The translations under genes and the position numbers were made by a program. A stretch of DNA of 23,124 nucleotides from Halocafeteria seosinensis (Eukaryota), in assembly GCA_001687465.1 (NCBI GenBank), contig LVLI01000101.1, positions 372,001 to 395,124 of the forward strand. Direction: 5' to 3'. The notes below the pieces were generated by a model. It was not told the origin of the DNA. It did no database searches and saw only the letters and a list, made by a program, of their open reading frames with translations. Shown here one piece after another: positions 1-8,938 of the stretch (positions within the stretch are counted from its first letter, which is position 1; every line of letters begins with the position of its first letter).

Positions 1-1
1 G

Positions 2-688
2 AAGCGGCTGGTTGGAGGTAGTTTGACGACTTTGCAGAGGCCTCTTCGATTTACTTTGCTCCGTGTATTGGGCAGTTGCACTTGCAACTGCACCACCATC
101 ACCTCGTGAATCCACTTCATCTACGGTTAAAACTCGCGACACTTGTCCCTTGGACTTGTTGCCGCCCCTATGGCGACTAGGTTTTCCATTTCGATGCACG
201 TGCTCAGCTGTGTCGGGATTGGAAGTTCCAGCGGCTACCCTTTCTGCATTGTGACCTCCTCTTTCCCCTCTACCTCTCCCTCTGCCACGGCCTCTACCAT
301 TGGAGGACCGTCCGCTTGGTATGTTTGTATCTGATTCGACACTTCCTCCATTCGTCGTATTATCTGCATTGGGCGTACTGGCTCCACGTCCGCCTCGTTT
401 GCTACGATGTCCTCGACCTCGACCACGGGGGCCGCCTGCTCCTCTTTTATTCCCCGACGAAGACGACCTAGAATGGGCCTTTGCCGCCGCTCCTGCTCCG
501 GTATCTCCAGAAGGCACGAATTCTTCTGCCACGGGGCGAAATTTTGAAGTCTTATCTGGCCCACTTCCACCTCTTTTCGAAGAGGAAGACGAGGAGTTCT
601 TGCCACCGCGATTCCTCTGTTGCTTACCACCAGTAGCTCCTGAGCCACTGGCATCGGAAGATGCTGCAGAAGCCCCTTGATCAGCCAT
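2..688 (-). CDS. N-terminal part of a low-complexity protein with a PAM2-like motif and RG/RGG repeats (runs off the left edge)
   Basis: Not in the ORF track because it has no stop in the window. ATG at 688 opens an uninterrupted 229-codon frame to the edge: MADQGASAASSDASGSGATGGKQQRNRGGK...SKFRPVAEEFVPS...GPRGRGRGHRSKRGGRG...GRGRGRGRGRGERGG. It is preceded by an AT-rich intergenic stretch. Confidence 0.8.
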   Translation of the reverse strand, partial: MADQGASAASSDASGSGATGGKQQRNRGGKNSSSSSSKRGGSGPDKTSKFRPVAEEFVPSGDTGAGAAAKAHSRSSSSGNKRGAGGPRGRGRGHRSKRGGRGASTPNADNTTNGGSVESDTNIPSGRSSNGRGRGRGRGRGERGGHNAERVAAGTSNPDTAEHVHRNGKPSRHRGGNKSKGQVSRVLTVDEVDSRGDGGAVASATAQYTEQSKSKRPLQSRQTTSNQPL

Positions 689-1056
689 TATGTAGGTATT
701 ATTTTGGTTGAAGGCACTCCACCCAAAAACTTTGTGAAGCTTTTGATGCACTATGGGGAACTAAACTAACTGGCTATTCACTTCGACCGGTCACACGAAT
801 CCTAGCACTATCACAGCGGTCAAACACTTGGGAAACTAATGTATGTCACAGTATTATGTGTATCATATAAATGCACGGGAAAATGAAAAGTGTGCGAAAA
901 GTTTGTCGTCTCAGAACTTCAAGCCTCAGAGCACGATCATCCAAGATGCACTATTGAATTATGGGTCTGAATGGCTTATTTTCACTCAAGTTGGATGCTT
1001 GAAACCTAGATATATGTGAAAACAAGATCGTCCGCTTGATAAAGAATCGCGGGAAT

Positions 1057-3162
1057 ATGTCAGAGAGGAGTGACAATGAAACAACGGCAGCCGACGGAGC
1101 TTGTGATGCTGGCTTCCAGGATGCTATACACAATGATACACTAGCCCCTGGCTTCTCTTCGGCAAAGGGGAACAACTGTGATGAATCACAACACAGTGCT
1201 GAATCTTCCGCTATAACGGGCCTTGTGGATAGTAGCAAAAGCTCGTACTTGTACGCATCTGTCGAGTCGGCGGAGGCCCCTTTCGATGAAGAAGATGCTG
1301 AATTCCCCGAAGACGGTGACGGCTCTTCGGGAGCGGGTTCGCGTAAAAAAGGTTGCTGGGAGAATTTTAACTGTCTTTGCTTTGTGAAAGATGACGCGTT
1401 CAGTAAGACTTCTGTACCCACGAATCGGGTTATCCGCTTCTTCAAAGAACCAGAACTGCGGGAAACGATTTCGGACAACAATGCGGTCAACGAATTATTC
1501 TACGATATTGTGTTTTCTCTTGCGCTTGCAAGTGCCAGGACGGAATTTATTGATTCATTTCTGGCGTGCCCTTCTACGGATCACAGCTGCAGCACTGGTA
1601 CGTCCACAGCTACCGTCAGAGGTATTGTACTTAACTATGTTGGGTCTTGTTGCAGGCGAAAAGCTTTGGGTATTCGTTCTTATGTTTGGACAGTTTTGGT
1701 TTCACGCGTTTCAGCTAGTTCTATACACGAACAGGTTTACTACAGAGGAATTTTCTTATAACATAGCGTTATACCTACACATGGCTTCTAATGTAATTAT
1801 GGCAGTCAACGGCAGCGCATGTACCAAAACGGATATAGAGGGACAGCAGTTGTGCATGTCTGTCTTCGATGCTCCCACGTCCCAACTGAGTGCGTTTCGT
1901 ATCTTTGGTGTAGGTAGCGCGTTGGCACAGGCGCTGACTGCAGTTCAATTCTTTCGAGTTTCGCGCATTTATTCTGCCCGTGCCTGGTGTTATACCTACG
2001 GTTTCGGCAATGCTATTAACTGTCTCGTGTGGATTGTTGGCATATTTGCTGCGCGAAGCGTTAGTTCTAGGATCATGATCGCCAGCTTTAGCTTGGGGAT
2101 CTATGTCATCGTGGAGCTCTTTGCCAAGAGACGGGAAGTGTTCCTGAATACTTTGCTACCGAGCCACTTTGCACTTAGAATGCGCAAGTTCGCTATCGTC
2201 ATGCTAACGCAACTTCTTTCTGGTGTAATTCAACCCCGTTTTGAATATCCTGCTGACATATGGTAAGTATGCATTGGTTTGTATCGGTGAAGTCATGTTT
2301 TGTCGATGCTGTTCGTGCAGGATCTTCCTCGCCGGTTCTTTGTTCTTAGCTTTTCTTTTCAAGATACTGTACTTTGATTTTGACCAGGTTCGTTGAGTAT
2401 ATTGATAGAGGACGGGATACACTTGTGATTGAAGGGGCATATGTCTATGTTGCTTTACTACAGGGTGCCAGAGCAAGTGGTTTCACAGGAAACGAGAGAG
2501 TAACCGAAGCGATCTGGACATGTGCGAACTTCTTTCTCGGGGCATGTTTTACCAGCATTGGAGCCAGCATTGCCGCTGTATTAATGAAAAAGAACATAAA
2601 CGAAGTACCTGCTGCGGCTGAAATTTCTATGTCTCGACTGAGATGGATGCTTTGTATCAGTGTCGGTCTTGCAATTATTTCATCTTGCATTATCCAAATG
2701 TGCCTGCAAGGGATTGGAAGCAACTTGAGAAGGTGGAGGAAGCGGACGCGCATATTACTCAGAGGCGCAACCGGTTGCGCAATGTTCTGTATTCCTGCAG
2801 TGGCCCCTTATTCCTGGAAAGCAGAAGGACTTGTTTGGCCTATGGCATTCGTGCTCTGTATGCAAGTAATCCTCGATATGTACGGGCGGCGCAGAATGAA
2901 ACGCCTACAGCAAACAATACCGGAAGAGCGTCGACAAATGTTGACCGGTGAATCGTACAAAAAATCGAAGCATGTAATACGAGAGGATAGCAATTTATCG
3001 GCACAATTGCTCTACTCTCCACACGACAGATTCGGCCAAGTTGCTTCGAAGAGAGAGCATGAACCTCCTGCGGCCGCAAGTGTAACGGACTTAGAATCGA
3101 CAGAGCAGAGATCCCGTAGGTGCTCTTTGCAGACAGAATCGTCAATGCTGTTTTTCGAATGA
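1057..3162 (+). CDS. LtrA (low temperature requirement A)-like polytopic membrane protein, ~637 aa; exons 1057-1597, 1656-2262, 2321-2387, 2464-3162
   Basis: Three GT-AG introns (58, 58, 76 nt) join the ORF pieces in frame. Motifs ELFYDIVF, FWFHAFQLVLYTNRF, HFALRMRKFAIVML and KILYFD occur in the order of the LtrA consensus (ELFFDLVF, YxNRF, HxxERxGLFxIIxLGE, WWLYF), among many hydrophobic helices. The acidic N-terminus looks disordered. Confidence 0.72.
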
Positions 3163-3172
3163 GAACTTATCC

Positions 3173-5215
3173 CTAAGATTGATTCGCCGACTCGTTATCG
3201 GTGCTGCCATCCTCGTGGCCTGTGGACGGTCGGTTCTGTTGACCCCCTCTTCCTCGGCCTCTACCCCTCCTTTTATTCCCATCTCCTCGGTCAGAGGGTC
3301 TACGATCCCTGGAACGTGAGCGCGAGTGTTTATCAGGATTATTGCTGCGTTGATGCGAACGGCTTCGGCTTCGACTTTTGTGCCTCGACTCGCGGTCAGG
3401 TCGCTGTCCAAAACTGTGGCTGGCTTCATCTGGATTATGCCCCCTTGAGGCATGTTGTGGCCTTCCTCCGCTTTCATGCATATGTGTATACGGATGCATG
3501 TAGTGTGGGTGCGGCATGTTTCCATATGGATGCGGATTTGATGGGAGGATATAGCCCCTTGGCGGAGGCATCGGATATCCTCCACCATGATACATCGCTT
3601 GGCGAGGATCATAAGGCGGTCGAGGCTGAGGCCACATGCCGTATGGGTAATGATTTCGTGGCATCATAGCGGGAGGTCGCATCGGATGACTTTGATGCAT
3701 GCCATGTGATGGGTGTTGTAATAAGCTGCCTTTCGGTGCCGCTTGCTGCTCTGAAGCAGCCTGTACTGCAGGTTCATTGCGACGTGCATCGTCGCCGACC
3801 TTAGCGGTATTGGAGACTCGTGTGACAGCATGCTCAGGCGTGTGGCTCTCCGAAGCGCTAGTAGCGTCGTTAGTGGGCGACTCCGTTGAAGTTTCAGTGG
3901 GAAGCGAAGTAGCATCCTGTGTTTCCACATTCTCATTGGATGGACGCTCTATGTTGCCTTGTTCCTCTGGAGCCTCCCCCGCGCACATGTCGTACACTGC
4001 AGGCATAGCGTGACAGATCGACAATGCTTAGACTTGGACAGGGATTTTTATGTAACATACGCGTTTCTTCCGGGTGCGAACTAGGCTGTTCATCATCCCC
4101 CGTAGTTAGATCCTGCGTATGGTCGTTGGACTGCTGCTCAGCGGCCTTCTTTTGCTCCTCCAGCCACTCTTTTGCTTTCTCTTGTACCTCAGGTTTATCT
4201 TTCAGATTGCTAATGGAGACACTTGGCGTGGAGCACAGAGGGCATACTTGGTTGCGCTCCACTAGAATTTGTTCAGCGACTCGTTTGGACATCACCCTCC
4301 GGCAACACGGCAAGGAAACAGCGTCGAGTAGCAGCAACCCAGAGAAAGCACACTTAAGATCGGATGGCACAGACGCCGGGTCGTATTCATCCTGCTGAAA
4401 CTTCTGCCACAGTGTCCGCAATTCTTCGTCTTGGCTAGGGGCCGCCTGCGATCTATTCTTCCGAAAACGGCTTCGGGATGGTTGCAATATGCTAAACGTG
4501 CCTGTTTCGTCGGCAACGGCGAGGGCTGTGGGCTGAACACTTGGGAACGAAGAAGATTGACTCCTACGCATGAATGCAGATGAAACGAACAGGCACTTAC
4601 ATCGTTTTGACTGCTAGCTTGGAGATCCTCTTGAGCAATTGTCTTCCGCATGCTCTGGGGAATTCCGCTGCCCATCGTGACAGCTTTCCTTTCTGAAGCG
4701 CAGGGAGAAAACGAGTTCACAACTAACGCCGTTACAATCCCCACGTAAAGAAATTCGTACCTGGACGGTTGCTGTTTCGAATAGCGTTTTGCTTGTGTCT
4801 GCACCGAAACTCTCAACTCCAAGTACGCAGTTAACAATTTGGGCGCCACCCGGCTTACTGTTGGTTCATTCTCCCACCAGTGACAACTTTTGGTCTCACA
4901 ATTAAGTAAGTCTGCCTTGGGATTTGTTCACCTTGACTATATTCTGCGGGGAGTGGTGAAGAAGTACGGTAATTAGTTATGTCTCAATTCTTTTTAAAGA
5001 CGATAGAACTTGAAATAAATCCCACGAGCACACACCGACTCGGACCTACCTTTCTTGGTTTGAGCATTAGTTATCGCTAAATCGTCGTTCCCATTCTTTT
5101 GCACCTGGTGCTTTTGTTTGATAAGCTGCTTTATAGTGTCCACCGGTGTATTGGGAGAGGACACTGGCAGACTTTGGAATTCTATCGCATTCTTGAACTT
5201 GTAAAATACCGACAT
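3173..5215 (-). CDS. RBBP6: RBBP6/Mpe1-like mRNA 3'-end processing factor (DWNN ubiquitin-like domain, degenerate RING/U-box, Pro/His-rich and RS/RG tail), ~558 aa; exons 5215-5050, 4943-4859, 4798-4761, 4692-4601, 4532-4061, 3996-3173
   Basis: The spliced N-terminus MSVFYKFKNAIEFQSL...DLAITNAQTKKEYSQGEQIPRQTYLIVRP is a typical DWNN domain. It is followed by GSGIPQSMRK (TGIPRSF-like motif), PSDLKCAFS...DAVSLPCC...CPLC and an SRSRSRS tail. Five GT-AG introns (106, 60, 68, 68, 64 nt) are all phase-consistent. Confidence 0.85.
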
Positions 5216-6031
5216 TTTCTTTCACTGCAGCCTTCTCAAACAAATATTCAATCTCCAGTTACAATCTACACCCTCTTTCCCTTTTGTACACGAATTATCT
5301 TGCTGTATCTGTGGGTGCTTGTTTATTTACGTACAAGACACGCTTCGGAATGGAGTTGTTGACACAACAATTCTGCGGCCCTTTGCCCACAGACACAACC
5401 GTGTCTTCCAAGCAAGCAACCAGACAAATACGAGTGCACGGACACGTTCTGTCTATCCACCCAGGGGTCATAAAAGAGACGAATAGCGTCTATATAGCCG
5501 ATGTAGAGGAAATGCAAATCTCGGGTCCCTCAAACCGGAGCCTCTTTAGGTCAGTTAGCGTCGTTCTCCGGCCGCTTGAGGAGGCAGTGCGAGCCTTCTA
5601 CACTTTGGAGTACTGTATTCTTCCCTCTGAATGAATGATCGGCGTGTATACGCCCTCTATGATAACAAAGAGAACTCGCAACCAAGGCCGGACAAGGGCT
5701 TGTTCAACCTTGCTCGCGACTGCAAGCTAGCGCTCTTAACGCCAAAAACAATAAAAAATTCAATGTCAAGAAATGAATATTATACAATACTAACATGCAC
5801 ACAACGCCAACTAAACTATCCAATTCGTCGACTAGCGTATTCACTACAAGAATATAGTCCGGGCCAGGGAGACCTTTTTTGTAATATTTCTACAGGGGAA
5901 CTCAAAGGGAGACAATATACCCGAAGCATCCGGGTACCGGGCCCTCAGCCCGGAAGCCACGAGGAAAAGCTCAGTTTAGTTTTTCACTCTTTTATTGGGT
6001 TTAGAGTTGATTTGAGGAGTTCCGAGAAGAG

Positions 6032-6284
6032 GTATGTCACGTGGATTAGCTGAATCTGTGGTTACAGCTTCGATGGTACTGGTCAATGGGGGACAAGGGC
6101 GAACGGAGTCGCTCCAACCTTTCCCCCCTGGTGGCGGCCTCTACCGTGGCTTTTTGTAGTTCCTGCTTGGGGGTGTTGTAGGAGAATCACCAGTCCCTCA
6201 CCCTTTTTGCTGTTTCTTGTGTGCTGTCGGATGCAGATTAATATCATTTTCTCGAACAATTAGAGGAGTTGGACCAACCTACAG
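6032..6284 (+). other. Probable 5'-UTR intron of RPL37A (donor 6032; acceptor 6284 or 6236)
   Basis: Strong donor AG|gtatgt at 6032, downstream of a pyrimidine-rich putative start region (~5980-5996). Candidate acceptors are tgcag (6236), after a T-rich tract, and ctacag (6284). There is no transcript evidence. Confidence 0.5.
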
Positions 6285-6296
6285 TATACAAATAAA

Positions 6297-6836
6297 ATGG
6301 TAAGTTAAATCTCCACCTCCAGGTCTTGAAGATTTGGCCGTATAAAGCGCACAGTGGCTGATATAGGGGTGGAAAGGAAGAAGTGACCCCAGGTTGAATT
6401 CATTCATTTCCTTCGTTATATAGGGCTATTATGGGTGGTGCAACGCATCCATAGTGCTTAAAATATGCTATTTGCTGTTGTTTTCGATTCATGGGAGTTT
6501 TGGTTGTATTCACTGGTTTTGTGTGTGGTTGGTTGACCAACACTACAGGCCAAGCGAACGAAGAAAGTAGGGATCGTGGGGAAATATGGAACCCGATATG
6601 GTGCTTCCATCAGGAAGCTGATGAAGAAGATTGAAATCACTCAGCGAGCCAAATACCACTGCTCTTTCTGTGGTAGAGAATCGATGAAGAGAAAAGCTGC
6701 TGGAATCTGGCACTGCAAACCCTGCAACAAGAGTGTGGCAGGAGGAGCTTACATGTTGGCCACGCCAGCTGGTACATCCGTCCGATCAAATACTGCTCGT
6801 CTGCGCAAGATGCGTGAGAATGCTGGTACCGCCTAA
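6297..6836 (+). CDS. RPL37A: 60S ribosomal protein eL43 (L37a), 96 aa; exons 6297-6299 (ATG only) and 6549-6836
   Basis: AAAATG|gtaagt...ctacag|GCCAAGCGA gives [24 protein letters not shown]...CSFC...[10 protein letters not shown]...AGGAY, the standard eL43 sequence with its C4 zinc finger. Confidence 0.97.
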
Positions 6837-7164
6837 GTGTTATGTCGATCGTTCTCATCGTGTGTTTCGGTAGAAGCTGTACTCCCTCTTAGACCCTTTA
6901 AAACTCCTCAAATCAAATTAACAAGAGATTCTTGAGTGCTTACTTTATACCCTATTTCTCTGTCATTGCATTACTTGTGTTTATATGTTAGGGTTTAAGC
7001 AACCGTCTGGGGCCTCTTTACCTTACTTGGGATCATATTATATATGTTGTAGAGTGATATCGAATGGTGTCAAGTTGTCAACGTACGCGAGTGGAATAAC
7101 ATGGATTTACAGAATTTCATTTGACCACCTGATTCCCTCTCTATGTCGTAAATCAGCATTCCGC

Positions 7165-8780
7165 TCATAAGACTTCTACGTTGTCCTTTTCTTTCGCAAC
7201 CGCTTGGAGATCCTCCAGTGTCAACGGCGCACGGCTCAGCCATTTCTCCACTTTCTTGCTTATTGAAGCGAGGGCTTTGGGGAAGTTGCTCGAATTGACT
7301 TCATAGGCATTATCTGCCCACTCTTGGTATAACGCCAATAACGCGATGAAATGAAGCTCATGAAAAGCACTATTGTGTTCAAAGAGCGGCCAATATGACC
7401 GCTTCTGACGATCTATACTTTTGGTAAAATGTGCAATCCCTAACGCTTTGGCTAGAGCGGCAGTTAAGTTTATCGACGCCAGGGCAAAAGGTAGATGCCG
7501 CGTTTGATCCCCCGTAAAGAGTATACTCCTCGTCTGCGGTCCATAAGATCCAGCGTTATTCCCGAACGAGGTAAAGAAAGTGCCCAATCGTTGTACAGGA
7601 GTGGGCAACCTGGAGCCACGGTACGTACCTGCGTTGTGTGCTCTCTAGCCATGTACACAAGACATTTCAGTCCAAGAATTCCACCTCCTCTAAAATCATA
7701 GCTTGGATCTTCCTGTAGTATGAATTGCAAATTCCAGCTAATACTGAACTGACATGCGACGGTATGGGCGAAGAATTCCGCTGCTGCTTACCTGCTGGAA
7801 CCCAAGAAGTTGCCATTGCGGAGATACCCGGGTGAACTCCTCATCGGGAAGAAGGTTCTCCCATAATGCTTCTAGCAGGGCTTCATGAGGAGTAAATTCA
7901 GGCTTAAACTGCGTGTTAAAATCTGTATGAATATCATGGAGATTTGTTAGCGCTAAATCGCTGGGATAATCTCCACCTTCCTGGCCAGCTACTGCACTGG
8001 CCTGTTGGTCTCCTTCCACACTACTGCGGACATAGTCAGAAGCTCGCTTCCAAGCCCCACTTAAAGCCTTGAAGGCGGACGAGCTAGCGGCCCGTATTTT
8101 ATCTGTATCGACCCTCTTGGACACTGTTTGCCAGGCATGTTTCGCAGTGTCTTGAACGCTGTGGACTGCACTACCACTACGACTTGCTCTAGAGTTATTT
8201 GTTTCTTCGACGCCGAATGGCTGTCCTGCATCGGGCGTCTCATCGTTTCGTAATATTGTTTCGCCATCTTGCATTCCAACAGATGTATGGATTATCTTGT
8301 TCAAATGTCTTCTGGCAGCTGTCCATTCCTCCGGGGTGTATGGAAACGACTCCACATTTCCTTGTGAATCATCTTCCACCTCGTATAAAGGCAGCACCTT
8401 AATCAGAGCGTGATTTTCGCCTGACAGCGGCACCGTTTCTCCATCTCGGCACAAATCTAACCACACTAATTGCTTCTGTTTCTGTGTATATATCTGCAAA
8501 CCATCAATAACCATGTAAGAACTCTACCCAGTACGCTCTTCCTCAGCAGAGTCCCTCTTACTCTCGCTCTGAAATGGAACTGTCCCTCAAAGGGGAAATT
8601 GTCTTTTAGATCTTTCAATGTAATCCTCCCTTGTGGCGGTGGTGAGGCTTGCTGCTGTTTATTAGCATCAGGCTTCGTCGTCTTGGGGCGTCGCCCCGGG
8701 ACTTGAAAGCATCCATCAATCTCTTCCTCCCGTGTAGTTCCCTGATTTGGGAGCTGTATAATGTATTGCACCACCACCAT
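7165..8780 (-). CDS. ELMO/CED-12 domain (ELMOD-type ARF-family GAP) protein with an N-terminal DIX-like domain, ~457 aa; exons 8780-8562, 8493-7792, 7712-7629, 7533-7165
   Basis: Spliced WQLLGFQQEDPSYDFRGGGILGLKCL matches the ELMOD signature Wx3GFQx3PxTDFRGxGx3Lx2L, followed by LPFALASINLT. The N-terminus ITLKDLKDNFPFEGQFHFRAR...VWLDL...VPL...IKVL resembles a DIX ubiquitin-like fold. The introns (68, 79, 95 nt) are all phase 0. Confidence 0.85.
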
Positions 8781-8938
8781 TTGCAGTCGTTCGTTCGTGT
8801 AACCAGCAATGCACCATCCATCATGTATACACACTCTATATCACACCAACAATCCGTGTCTGAAATTCTAGACTAGTTAGTCTTTCGTGTTGGTTTGTTG
8901 ACGCATTTTATATCAAGTATCATTAGGGGAAATAAAAA
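8781..8938. promoter_or_regulatory. Very short divergent (bidirectional) promoter region between the ELMO-domain gene and ARP4
   Basis: Only 158 nt separate the two head-to-head start codons. Inferred from gene geometry; no specific motif was identified. Confidence 0.5.

Noticed and set aside
235..680. ORFs 235-654(-), 300-680(+), 63-254(+) and 143-334(+)
   Set aside because: These are alternative-frame or antisense shadows of the real minus-strand frame starting at 688.
1036..3162. Frame changes between ORFs suggesting frameshifts or pseudogenes (also in the RBBP6, ARP4, ELMO and phospholipase genes)
   Set aside because: Each frame change is explained by a canonical GT-AG intron with consistent phase, so there is no need to invoke pseudogenes or recoding.
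3142..3669. ORFs 3142-3612(-) and 3316-3669(+) as overlapping genes
   Set aside because: They are off-frame or antisense readings of the low-complexity RBBP6 tail, with no recognisable motifs.
5284..6053. ORFs 5284-5634(+), 5323-5517(-) and 5631-6053(+)
   Set aside because: No recognisable domain or convincing splice model. The region is more plausibly divergent promoter/UTR sequence, although a small gene cannot be excluded.
6032..6548. TPP riboswitch, SRP RNA, RNase P/MRP, U3 or spliceosomal snRNA in the RPL37A introns
   Set aside because: I looked for their hallmark motifs on both strands by eye and found none convincingly, so the region is reported only as unassigned structure.
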